Source: a virus
Strand: one strand, 5' to 3'
Virus record (IMG/VR): IMGVR_UViG_3300021171_000004
Location: 1-64,000 of that record
DNA: 64,000 nucleotides
The stretch's first letter is position 1, and the number at the start of each line of letters is the position of its first letter. Positions 17,561 through 27,577 of the stretch are shown piece by piece. Made by a program: the position numbers and the translations under genes. The notes beneath the pieces were generated by a model, which worked only from the letters and a program-made list of their open reading frames with translations, made no database searches and was not told where the DNA came from.

Positions 17561-18183
17561 GATTGCACCTCATCTTTACTCACTACGCTCGAAACCTTTT
17601 CCCAGATTGAGAAAGTAATGTCAAACTGGCCTACGCTGTCCACATTGAACAATAGCCGTTTGTGGCCAGCATCGTGCAAGCGCTTGTATATGTCTTTAGG
17701 GTTGGCGTTTTGGCCGGGATGCATCCCGCTTTCGAATCCATCCTCTAGCTTGACATAGCCGTAGTCTTCGGGGTTGATATGGTCATTTAGTGCGCGTCGA
17801 GGATTATCTTCCAGAGTTTCGAGATAATCGGGCAAGTCAATACATTCTAGGCAATACATACCGTCATCCGTTAAAAACCCAGACGGTTGCCAAGAATAGG
17901 AATTGTGAACTGTACGTAGTGCCTTGCCACAATCGGAACAGGTAGTCCATTCATCAGGCCATTCGATGGCATAGCCGTACTTTTCGAGTAAGTCTGTCAC
18001 CTCACGGCAAAAGTAATTCCAATTGTTGAATAGGATGCCTTTCTTCGGATCATCGTATCCCAGTTCAGCGTACCCGGAAGACCATTCCGTATACTCAATA
18101 TACCTTACCCGTTGTTCAGCGGGCAATTCTGAACAATGCGGTTTGCGTCCCATACTCTTGCGGAGAATGTATTCAGGAGTCAT
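17557..18183 (-). CDS. Conserved phage early hypothetical protein (CxxC)
   Basis: GYAELGY, EWTTCSDCGKA, FESGMHPGQN, GQFD; GAGGTG RBS. Confidence 0.75.
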   Translation of the reverse strand: MTPEYILRKSMGRKPHCSELPAEQRVRYIEYTEWSSGYAELGYDDPKKGILFNNWNYFCREVTDLLEKYGYAIEWPDEWTTCSDCGKALRTVHNSYSWQPSGFLTDDGMYCLECIDLPDYLETLEDNPRRALNDHINPEDYGYVKLEDGFESGMHPGQNANPKDIYKRLHDAGHKRLLFNVDSVGQFDITFSIWEKVSSVVSKDEVQS

Positions 18184-18694
18184 AGTTTCACCTCATTTGA
18201 ATTTTCGAACGAAACGCGACTAGAATCAACCCAGACAGAGCCCGTACCAGAAACAGGAGTAACAAGGTATCGGATATTGCCGTATGCTGTCTTAGCGTCT
18301 TGCACGTACACGGCAAACAAAAGCTTGTCTGTACATAGCATACCCTGTTTGCCAATGGACAAAGATAATTCGGCGGATGTAGTCATACGGTCTCCCGATA
18401 GGTGCACGGTCTCTTGAAACACTCTTCAGGGGTTGCGCCACAATCAGCGCACCGTCCATTGCAAGCCCGCGCGTACGCTATGTCAATATTATGTGTACTC
18501 GCATTGTCCGTATCTGTGGGCAGTTCACAGTCTAGCAGAGCCCGCACTGTGTTCGCACCGTCTGAGAATCCGTCGAGATAGTATGAGGATGATCCTTGCT
18601 CTGCCTCTAAATGCTCTAGGACGTGCCAGAGGATGTATTCTCCTGTTGCCCTAGAGAGTTTGCGTTTCGTCGAACGGTACAGCAAGTTTGGCAT
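18180..18694 (-). other. Two early hypothetical ORFs (18383-18694, 18180-18422)
   Basis: GGGAGG RBS before 18694; first genes after leftward promoter. Confidence 0.6.
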
Positions 18695-18717
18695 ATTGTT
18701 TCCTCCCTACGCTTGCA

Positions 18718-18804
18718 AGTATAGCCTATAGGGAATAGTTGTCAAGAGAAAAATGCGAACAAACCAAAAATAATCTTGACAAATAACTCGAACTATGGTA
18801 TATT
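18718..18804. promoter_or_regulatory. Back-to-back near-consensus sigma70 promoters
   Basis: Minus TTGACA(18745)-16-TATACT; plus TTGACA(18776)-17-TATATT with extended TG. Confidence 0.75.
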
Positions 18805-18970
18805 ACGTGCATGATAGTTTGCCTGATAAGCAAACGAGTCAGCACAAAGGATAATCGTGCATGAAAGAGTTTTTGATTGGACTAGGCATTGCCGTGCTTA
18901 TAATTTTGGTGGGCTCAATCAAGGTACGTGCGAATCCGCCAAGTAGAAAACATGGGCTCTGGTACTAGGC

Positions 18971-19703
18971 ATGTCTCAAACTGATACAGTGACCGTGATA
19001 GAAGAATGGACATGCGATAGCATGATCCGATACATACCTCATGCGGATGGCACGCGCACGGTACTAGAGCAATCGAACAAACCCCGGCCATACGTGTTCT
19101 TTAGACAGTGGATAACACGCGAAGAACTAGAACGGATGTACCCCGATGAATGAGGCGATATTCGAACAAAACCCAAACGGCATAGGTGAGCCCGTACACG
19201 CCACAATCGGGAGTTATGAGAACAGAGGATCATACGTTTGGGTAGACACACCAGACGGGGAAGCACTAGCAAAAAGCTTAGAGGATGCGGGAATACCTGT
19301 TACGCGTGTCCTTTACACTCCCGCACCTCCGCTGAACGGAAGAACGCGCCTACGTTTTAAGAGAGACCATTGAGACTGCCTCGTATGAAAGCATGGGAAG
19401 TTTTGATGCAACGCGCGATAATTCAAGCTACGCGCGAGGCTATAGTCCGTCTTTGTTCACAATATGAACAGAAAAAACCGCACGTACAAACCCTAACAAG
19501 AGACAATGGGAAACCCTAACGCGGGCTCAACTAGGATCAAGCTTAGACTGGCCATCGCACGCCAAGCGCTAGCAGAACTACAGGATACCGGCTTGCTATT
19601 GAGCCCAGAGGATAGGCTAGAGAGAATGAAACTGATTGAACGCCTAACTACTGGGAAACGGACTAAGAAAGCCCATAAGCACGGCGCATTCGACAAAGAA
19701 TAG
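18971..19703 (+). other. Small rightward early ORFs (18971-19153, 19146-19373, 19385-19519, 19506-19703)
   Basis: Short overlapping ORFs downstream of the rightward promoter. Confidence 0.5.
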
Positions 19704-20180
19704 AATAGGATGCCCGTGCATAGGCTAAACCGTTGAAAACGCGCACAAGGCGAACGGGATAGCGTGCCTCATTCTTTATATCGCAAGCGCGTTTGCTTTT
19801 CTGTTTGTTCAGTCGCTACAGAAAACAGGATAATCCTTTTTGCATCTTCTTTCGCATCGCAAAATACAAACCCAGTGTTTTCAGCGCGATAGCGCCAACA
19901 AAAGAGAATGCGAACTAACTGCAATGATCCAAAGCCCCTGCAATGTTTCGAAACCCCAGACATTTTTCCAATTGCCCGCGAATAAAACAAAGGACATAGC
20001 GCGATGGCCGGGCGGATTGAGTTTGTAAGTTATTGAAAACAAACGATAGGGGACCCTAAAAAGCATTCTTTTCTCGTTTCGACTAAGGGCCCCCAAGAGG
20101 ACCCGACTTAGACTAAGTGAGTCACGTTTGCACGAAAGTTGTTCACATACCCATTCAGTTCATATGTGAATAGGAGTGTC

Positions 20181-20459
20181 ATGGAAAGTATATACGCAGT
20201 TTTGGCCCCGCCAGTTTTAGTGCCTCACATCAAGATCGGATGGACGGACAATTTCGAACGCCGCCTCTCCCAGATCCGTAGATTGAATCCTGGCCAGATC
20301 GATGTGCTCCGAACGATTCCGGGGACTCGTGCGCAGGAGCAGGATATTCTTCGAGAACTCGCGGCCTATAAGAATCACCACGAGTGGCATTCTGATTCTG
20401 AGTTCCTTCGGCAGTGGATGGACAGTTTCTTTGGTGAACAGCCGTGTTCACAATCATAG
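20181..20459 (+). CDS. GIY-YIG-like (T5orf172/Mug113) protein
   Basis: IYAV..HIKIGWTDNFERRLSQI...EQDI...EWH; AGGAG RBS. Confidence 0.8.
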   Translation: MESIYAVLAPPVLVPHIKIGWTDNFERRLSQIRRLNPGQIDVLRTIPGTRAQEQDILRELAAYKNHHEWHSDSEFLRQWMDSFFGEQPCSQS

Positions 20460-21088
20460 AGCGGGTGGTTGAACGGGAAGAAAATCCACGACTTTGCAGT
20501 CGCGGCGTATCCGCCAAGAAACAGTGGAGACGCCCGTATCGGACTTATTATTCTGTCCGATGTGGGTGCGGTCGAATCGTCAAAGTTCGGATCGAGAATT
20601 TTAACAGCGAACGGACCTGTAAATTCTGTCGGGTGTCTGTGCCTTTGTCGGAGTCTTTGAGTCGGGCGTTAGTGTACGTAGCCCAACAACCCGCTTTGAT
20701 TCGGAAGCCAGAAATTGAAACACTCCCGCGGCAAGTTTGTGTAATCTGCCACGCCGGGTTTTTCCCGAAGAATTCCCAGCAGAAAACTTGCGGATGGTAC
20801 TGTTCTAAATTGCGACGGAAGCGCCGTTCTTTACCGCACGGTTTGGCGAGCATCCCGATAATTCAATCAAAGAGACGGCTCAAGCCAGAGGATGTTCTCG
20901 AACGCGATAACTGGACTTGTCAGCTTTGTTCGTTTCCGGCTCCCAAGCATCTTCGGGGGTCCCATTCAAGTATCGCTCCAGAGGTGGGGCACATCATCCC
21001 ACACGCACAGGGTGGTAGCTACACTTTGGAAAATCTGCAATGCGAACACCGCGGTTGCAACCTAGAGAAGAATTTTAAGAATGCCTAA
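20444..21088 (+). CDS. HNH endonuclease with Zn ribbons
   Basis: VLERDNWTCQLC, HIIPHAQGGSYTLENLQCEHRGCN. Confidence 0.88.
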   Translation: MFTIIERVVEREENPRLCSRGVSAKKQWRRPYRTYYSVRCGCGRIVKVRIENFNSERTCKFCRVSVPLSESLSRALVYVAQQPALIRKPEIETLPRQVCVICHAGFFPKNSQQKTCGWYCSKLRRKRRSLPHGLASIPIIQSKRRLKPEDVLERDNWTCQLCSFPAPKHLRGSHSSIAPEVGHIIPHAQGGSYTLENLQCEHRGCNLEKNFKNA

Positions 21089-21461
21089 CTTCAACATCGT
21101 TCTGAACGGGCCGATCCAGGTATTCGACCTAAACAACAATCTAATCGCGTCCAAGCCTCTGACTGGCCTGACGGTTTCCGTTTTGGATTACACGTCCGGA
21201 AGCACTGCTTTCAGTGCCGCTGCGACAGCAATTACTCTGCCCGTCAGCCCGACGAATTTTATGTATCTCCGGAATGATGGCACCGCAGTAGCCGTGGTTT
21301 CGTGGATCCCGCAGGGCGGATCTGGAGCCATAGTTCAGAATCTCGGTATCTCATCTGCCGCTGCTGTCATCCAAGTCGGCCAAACCGGGACCACAGGAAT
21401 TACGGGTCTGACGGTTTCGTGCGCAGCGGCCACGACTTTGGAATACTTCCTGGCGGGATGA
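21081..21461 (+). CDS. Putative virion structural protein
   Basis: Beta-rich, T/A/S-rich composition. Confidence 0.6.
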   Translation: MPNFNIVLNGPIQVFDLNNNLIASKPLTGLTVSVLDYTSGSTAFSAAATAITLPVSPTNFMYLRNDGTAVAVVSWIPQGGSGAIVQNLGISSAAAVIQVGQTGTTGITGLTVSCAAATTLEYFLAG

Positions 21462-21784
21462 TGTTTAAGAAAATTAAGCCGACCCAAATCCGACCAGTAT
21501 TTGCGATCCCGCAGTTTCCGCACTGTGACCCGAGAATTCTTCACGCACCCGAAGAGTGCGAATTTTGCGACATACACCCTGAGTGGCAGGTACTCCGAAC
21601 GATGTGGGGAATCGCTTTTACGGGGTACGAACCAGAAGGAAAAGAATTGCCATGTCCCGCAGATCACGCTCGCGGAGATAATCATAAACTATGGGGCGGG
21701 AATACAGCCAAACCGAAGCCGTGGCATAATCATTTGGGCGGCAAAAGATCGGACTGCCCGGCGTGCGCAGAAGAGGACAAATGA
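21458..21784 (+). CDS. Conserved Cys/His phage protein
   Basis: FPHCDPRILHAPEECEFCD...WGIAFTG. Confidence 0.65.
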   Translation: MMFKKIKPTQIRPVFAIPQFPHCDPRILHAPEECEFCDIHPEWQVLRTMWGIAFTGYEPEGKELPCPADHARGDNHKLWGGNTAKPKPWHNHLGGKRSDCPACAEEDK

Positions 21785-23254
21785 ACCCCACATCCAAACT
21801 CGCACACTTCAAGAACGGTGGAAATTCCGTACTCGGCCTCCCGGTCTGGTTGGATGATGAAAATTCAGAGTTCGTCTCGCACCAAGGCAAATGGGTTCAT
21901 GTGGATGATATGCCACTAGAAAAACTCCACACGGTGGACACGTCTATTGCAGTTTCTCCGAAAAGGATACCCGTGTTTACGGCCCAACCCCAAGTCCCGA
22001 ACATATCGGCTTTCAAGGAAGCCGTTCATCAGACAAACCCGAACCCACAATTTATTTTCAAAGATGGAGAACTCGTAAAACAGTAATGGCATACATAGCC
22101 GCAAGCAATTCTTCCGGTCCACTAAATTATTTGCAGCATCAGTGCGCGAAAGCGAACGTCGAATATCATTGCGCCGAATCGTTTGATGTTTCGAGGCTAC
22201 GTCACATCGGCTTTTCTTTTCGAAACGTGGGCCTCAAGTTAGTTCGTATTGTGAACCAAGGAACGGAGCATTTCCTAGAACCAGGCGAGTCGGTGAATTT
22301 TCAAACGGACCAATTCCCGCAAGTCGAGGCTTTGAATAATGGACTCTGACCAAGCCTTAGTCGCAGAACTCGAACGCATCTTCAAGGAAGAGTTTCTCAA
22401 AGCCGCCCCGCTTTACCAAGCGTGCAGCAAGGTCAAACTTCCGTACGAAGATTTGCATCGCCCGACTCTAATGTACCGCGGCAGTCTCCGCGAAGAAACC
22501 CGGATAGTAGACCAAATCGCGGATTACGAATCTTTCAAAACAGCGCCCGAGGTTGAGGAATTAATCGAACTCGCTACTAAAATGGGCGGTCAAGCCGGAG
22601 CGTACGTAGATGGCGCAATCCGGGTGGAGAACTGCCGGACCAAGGGTGCCGATCCTCGGGACGTACGAAATACCAAAGTAATCGATGTGTTCGAACACGC
22701 TGATGGCCGGAGAAATTTACAGGTTTTTTTTGTTCAAGGTTCCACATCTCCAGACCCCGCCGCGCAATCAATGGCTTGGTTCGGGTATAAATTCTTTTTT
22801 GCCGCAGCGAACGTGGTTTTGGAGTACACCAAACGTGCCAATCCTTCATAAAATTCTTCTCGGCGTCGAAATCTACGCCATCGCAGCCACTTCACTCGTC
22901 GCGCTGTCGGTAATTTTATCCACTGTCCGAACGCTTACGTCGAAGACTACCGTTTTTAATTATCCAGCGGACGTTCCGAAAGCCGAAGCCAAAGCTGCCG
23001 CCGAAGGTTATTTTCATAAAGCCTTGGTTGCGCTGGATATTTTCCTGAACGTTTTGGTATTCGCAGGACGCCAAGGCGAAACAATGTCAACTCATGCCTG
23101 GGTCGCAGCCGGAGAAAAGAAACTCTGGGGCCGATTGATGAACTGGTGGCTTGACGGCTTCCAGAATTCGCACGGGCCGCAAGCCGCTTCTGGCGATTTA
23201 GAACGGGCGTCCACAGAAGTAGAAAGACTGAAAGGTCTTTTGGGAATCAAGTAG
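21781..23254 (+). other. Operon of hypothetical ORFs (21781-22086, 22086-22349, 22339-22851, 22835-23254 membrane)
   Basis: Tightly coupled ORFs; the last has TM helices. Confidence 0.6.
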
Positions 23255-23328
23255 TTCACAATATGAACAGGAGATTCAAATGATTAAGGAGATTGCCATG
23301 ACTACAGTTCACTAGGAGGTGAATAGTC

Positions 23329-23505
23329 ATGGCTGGAAACGCTCATAGGAACCGGGCGAAACTTCGCTCCTCACCCTGTCTTGCACATTGTCCGTATTGC
23401 CAATACCGTCCTTCTGTTGCACGCGCCGAAGGATTGCCTTGGAAAAACAAAAACGGGCATCGTCATAATTCTCATAGCAAAAAGCGTGGTCGTAGAAATA
23501 GATAA
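23329..23505 (+). CDS. 58-aa basic Cys/His peptide (not in ORF track)
   Basis: AGGAGGTGA RBS; MAGNAHRNRAKLRSSPCLAHCPYCQ...KKRGRRNR. Confidence 0.6.
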   Translation: MAGNAHRNRAKLRSSPCLAHCPYCQYRPSVARAEGLPWKNKNGHRHNSHSKKRGRRNR

Positions 23506-23510
23506 AAACC

Positions 23511-23534
23511 GGGGTGGGTCGCACCACCCCTTTA
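23511..23534 (+). terminator. Intrinsic terminator-like hairpin
   Basis: GGGGTGG/CCACCCC followed by TTT. Confidence 0.55.
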
Positions 23535-23573
23535 AACCTTAGAGTACATGCTCGATGAGCAAAGGAGAGTACC

Positions 23574-23891
23574 GTGATTACATCTGATTTGCAGTTGGAA
23601 GTTCAAGAAATAGAATCCGGAACTTATGTGTTTCCGGCTCTTGGAAAAAAGAAATTGCCGCATACTTGGGCGCTGTTCGTGTACCGAAATGGCGATGCCG
23701 AATTGTACACAAAGCGGAACCAGAAAACTGGGGCATTGATTGGTAAGCCTCTCAAGCTTGGAAACCCATGGGATTTTTGCGACCACGACGCCGCAGGGCT
23801 GGAAGTTATTCCCAAAGGTGACCCACGAAATCTGTACAAATCTGAGAATCATATCTGTAAAAATTGCGGAAAAGAATTTCGGCCAGCCTAG
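23574..23891 (+). CDS. Hypothetical protein (C-terminal CxxC)
   Basis: AAGGAG RBS before GTG. Confidence 0.65.
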   Translation: MITSDLQLEVQEIESGTYVFPALGKKKLPHTWALFVYRNGDAELYTKRNQKTGALIGKPLKLGNPWDFCDHDAAGLEVIPKGDPRNLYKSENHICKNCGKEFRPA

Positions 23892-23933
23892 CTGCCCCTC
23901 GGCATTTAAGAATAAGTACCAAGGAATTGAAAT

Positions 23934-25058
23934 ATGGCGCAGCCTGCTCAGGTAATCTTCACCGATCCGAACAACGACTGGAACGCGATTGATAATTCCG
24001 CAGCCAGTGTTACCACGACTTTAAATAACAGCGCACCTATCGGTTTCGATACACCCGCTTTGGTCGGTTATCCAATTGGGGCAAAGGCGCAAGGGTTGAA
24101 TAGTTTTGCCAACACAGGCACGACCACGTTGGATTCAGTAAACGATATCGTGAATCCCGATGCTCAAGTCGGTACGTTCGCGGGCAATCCGGTTTCCGCA
24201 GTGGTGCCCACGTACAAAACTGTTACTACGGTTTTGAATTCAAATTTGAGTACGCGATTACTGTTCCGCAACCCTGCGTGAAGGAATAAATCATGGCTAA
24301 CGCATTTGGAAACCCAATCACCATTACCGCAACGATGGGCGCGACTTGGCGGAATACCGCAGGTAACGGTGCGCCTGCGAACCAAGATATCACAATCCAA
24401 AAAATTATCTGGGATGGTGCGACGGCGGCTGGTACGTTCGTGATTCAGTACGGAGACGGCACCCAATTTTTAGCGGGCACGGCACAAGCGACGACTAACC
24501 CTAACCCGGTCATCTACGATTTTATTGGTGGCCGAAGACTTTTTGATTTCAAAGTTACCACGCTTTCGAGCGGGACACTTCAGATTTTCTATACACCGTA
24601 AGGATATTTATGAACCCTCAAAAATGCGCAAATTGCGAAGTTCTGGGTGATGGCAGTTCTGCGTCCGATCATGGGCATGTTTCGAAAATTACTCCTCAGA
24701 AACTAAAGAAACGGGAGTATGCGAACGACCCTATGTACCGAACCGAAGTCGATTCCGGACTCGGCCCGAAGCGTGAAGCCGCAACCACCAAAGCTCGGCG
24801 TGGACCTAATTCTGTTCGCCCGCTCGATGGCGGATTCGCAAAGTGAGTGTAAAAATGGCAGACAAACAAATCACAATCGATGGTAGCGGAAATCAGGTCA
24901 AACATAGTCCCGCAGGAACTACTCCGCTCCCGCCCAGCGCTGGCCTACCAGTTACTGCTACAGTGAAAACTGTGGGCAACCCGAACGCGACGGTTCACGG
25001 ACAAGTGAATGCGGGCGGGGTTATTTACGGCCCTATTTTCGATAATCCTGGACAATAA
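23934..25058 (+). other. Four small putative virion genes (23934-24281, 24293-24601, 24610-24846, 24843-25058)
   Basis: AAGGA RBS sites; T/A/N/G-rich composition. Confidence 0.6.
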
Positions 25059-25202
25059 AAAAGGAGCATTATGTTTTTTCACATCGCAAAGTACGTCGCT
25101 ATTTTGTTCGCAGGCGGGGTTGCTACCTCGTACGCAGAATATCGTTTCCAGTACAGTTTGTATAAGACCATCACTGCGGTTTTCGGGAAGAAATTTTAAG
25201 GG

Positions 25203-25252
25203 TTGACTTTCTGTTGAGTTCGTGATACGATGGTTTTGTTCACATTGTGAAC
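25203..25252 (+). promoter_or_regulatory. Promoter with perfect palindromic operator at about +1
   Basis: TTGACT-17-TACGAT then GTTCACATTGTGAAC (25238-25252). Confidence 0.7.
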
Positions 25253-25262
25253 CAGAGGGTGT

Positions 25263-25475
25263 ATGAAACACTTCTATAGGTCCCACGATCTTCAAGTGAA
25301 CACTCTCCCTTCGGGAACGATTTCATACGATATCTTCGACCGTTCCCGCCGCTACCTGCTCGCAGGTTTTTCATTGACCGACCGGAACGAACAAGAAGTA
25401 ATGGACCGATTGCGTACACGGGTGGACCAAATCATTTTAGATGAACCCGTACGCATGGGAATGAATGTACGATAA
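25263..25475 (+). CDS. Hypothetical protein
   Basis: GAGGG RBS downstream of the promoter. Confidence 0.6.
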   Translation: MKHFYRSHDLQVNTLPSGTISYDIFDRSRRYLLAGFSLTDRNEQEVMDRLRTRVDQIILDEPVRMGMNVR

Positions 25476-25580
25476 GAGTTTTATAAGCGGTCTCGAACTA
25501 ATGGATCCGAGCTAAGTCTGCCCCATTCAATGCAGAACCGCACAGTTCGAACCTTCCAATAAGAAGATTCAGGAGAAACA

Positions 25581-25952
25581 ATGAGCGACGAAGATTTATT
25601 GATTGGTGGAAAGCAAGAAGCACCCGCACTCCCGAATGGCTCTGGTTCCACTGGAATCCAGGTGCCCATGGATATCGTGAATGCCTCTGTGTTTGGGGTT
25701 TTCAAAACCCTCGGCAATTCAAAGAACGTGGATGAATCGGGCGCAGAAGAGTACGTCGAACAAAAGTTCGCTATTCAGATTCCACGCCACGAACCCGCCG
25801 AAAGTGTAGCTCAGTTTATTTGGACCGCGAAGTTTCTCCCGCAGGCCGCACTACGAGCCGTTGGCTCGGGCGGCGAAATAAACTTTTACCCGCTCGATAT
25901 GTTCAAGCGGTTTGCGATCAAGGTTAGTCCGGTGGTCGGCGTAACTCTCTAA
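25581..25952 (+). CDS. Hypothetical protein
   Basis: AGGAG RBS. Confidence 0.7.
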   Translation: MSDEDLLIGGKQEAPALPNGSGSTGIQVPMDIVNASVFGVFKTLGNSKNVDESGAEEYVEQKFAIQIPRHEPAESVAQFIWTAKFLPQAALRAVGSGGEINFYPLDMFKRFAIKVSPVVGVTL

Positions 25953-25953
25953 C

Positions 25954-26328
25954 ATGCACTTAAATGTGACTCTTCCTTTAGTTCCCCAAAAAGTGGTTCT
26001 AAAACTTTGGGGTACTGAATTCTGGTTAACGAATACAGACAAGTACTGTGCGAAGGTTCTCGAAATAATGCCCGGCTGGAGTTGTTCGCGCCACTTTCAC
26101 CCTATTAAGACGGAAACGTTTTACGTGTTGGAGGGAGAGGTAGAGTTGCAGATGTGGAACTCGTTTGGGATGGAATCCGGCGAGTATCTAAAAGCAGGCG
26201 ACCAACGATTAATCCTGCCACGAACCCATCACAGGTTCTCAAGTCTCGAAGGCGCACAGATTCTGGAGATTTCGACTCATCACGAAGATGAGGATACGAT
26301 CCGCATCGAAGAATCCCGCAAAATATGA
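25954..26328 (+). CDS. Cupin (sugar isomerase-like)
   Basis: KLWGTEFW, CSRHFHPIKTETFYVLEG, HHRF, LEISTHH. Confidence 0.85.
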   Translation: MHLNVTLPLVPQKVVLKLWGTEFWLTNTDKYCAKVLEIMPGWSCSRHFHPIKTETFYVLEGEVELQMWNSFGMESGEYLKAGDQRLILPRTHHRFSSLEGAQILEISTHHEDEDTIRIEESRKI

Positions 26329-27062
26329 CGCACTCCGTAGTTCTCCCGACCGCATACGGTCAGATGATTGTGAATCGGTACGACGGGAATCAGACTCAAC
26401 ATTTCCTTCGCACGGGCCGGGCAATCGACCACGATGAAATTATGAGCGTGGCCCAGCTAATCGATCCTGGGATGGATGCCATCGATATCGGCACCTGCTT
26501 CGGAGCGTGGACGCTAGCATTTTCACAACGCGCCCGAAGGGTTTATTCTTTCGAGCCGCAGCGGATGATTTATAATCAGTTGTGTGGTTCGCTCGCGCTA
26601 AACGGAATCGAAAATGTACGAACCTACAATGTCGCGGTCGGGGCAGAGACGGCGATTCTGAACGCCCCGAAATACAACTACAACGACTACCTCGAATTCG
26701 GTTGTGTTTATTTTTGTCCGCGCACGAAACAAGGCGACATGGCCCAGCCCATCCAGCCGAGCGAAGAGACGGTCTACCAAGTTCCGCTCGATATTTTCAA
26801 GCTCGACAATATCGGTGTTATGAAAGTGGACACCGAAGGCATGGAACTAGAAGTTCTCGCTGGAGCCAAAGACACCATCGAACGAAACCGCCCAATTCTC
26901 CACCTTGAAATTTTCATGCTAGATCGAGCCAAGCTGGATGAAATTTTGAAAAATTGGAATTACACTTCCTTCGACAACAGCGGAGACATGCTCGCCGCTC
27001 CAGCAGAGAAATACGACCTAGGCAAAAACGAAGCCGGAACATTTATCATCGCCCGAAAGTAA
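26325..27062 (+). CDS. FkbM-family SAM methyltransferase
   Basis: IDIGTCFG, VYSFEPQR, MKVDTEGMELEVLAGA...RPILHLE. Confidence 0.9.
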   Translation: MTHSVVLPTAYGQMIVNRYDGNQTQHFLRTGRAIDHDEIMSVAQLIDPGMDAIDIGTCFGAWTLAFSQRARRVYSFEPQRMIYNQLCGSLALNGIENVRTYNVAVGAETAILNAPKYNYNDYLEFGCVYFCPRTKQGDMAQPIQPSEETVYQVPLDIFKLDNIGVMKVDTEGMELEVLAGAKDTIERNRPILHLEIFMLDRAKLDEILKNWNYTSFDNSGDMLAAPAEKYDLGKNEAGTFIIARK

Positions 27063-27070
27063 GGTCCAAC

Positions 27071-27577
27071 ATGGTTGTTGCACCCGGAACCCATTTCGAA
27101 ACATTTCTAAACAGCATCTACGAAGGCAAGCCGCTCAAGATTATCGAAACGGGCTGCATGAGGGACCTAGCCGTAAAAAGTGAGTATGGCGACGGATGGA
27201 GCACTCTTTATATTGCCCGTTGGGTTTCGAAACATCCGGAATGTGAATTTCACAGCGTCGATCTAAACATCAACTCTATCGATATCGCGCACGCAGCCCT
27301 CGAAGCCGAAGGACTCGCGAAGTATTGTAATCTGCATGTCCAGGATTCTCTCCGCTATCTTAGTCAGCTAACATGGGTGGATTTTGCTTTCCTCGATTCA
27401 TGCGATGGCCTCCAACACGGCCTCGACGAGTTTAGACTCGCGCTTTCCGCAGGTGCGAAACTAATCGTCATGGACGACTACCAAACCAAAGCAGCGTGGG
27501 CCGTAACCGAAGCTAAAAAACTTGGGTGGAGTGTTCAGCAAGTGGATAGATATTCGGTCATCAGGAGAACGAACTGA
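27071..27577 (+). CDS. Class I SAM methyltransferase-like protein
   Basis: IIETGCMR..DGWST, SVDLN, DSL, FAFLDS, IVMDD. Confidence 0.75.
   Translation: MVVAPGTHFETFLNSIYEGKPLKIIETGCMRDLAVKSEYGDGWSTLYIARWVSKHPECEFHSVDLNINSIDIAHAALEAEGLAKYCNLHVQDSLRYLSQLTWVDFAFLDSCDGLQHGLDEFRLALSAGAKLIVMDDYQTKAAWAVTEAKKLGWSVQQVDRYSVIRRTN

Noticed and set aside
20141-20171. Extra operator copy upstream of the GIY-YIG gene
   Set aside because: GTTCAT-AT-GTGAAT has a 2-nt spacer and mismatches, so it was not counted.
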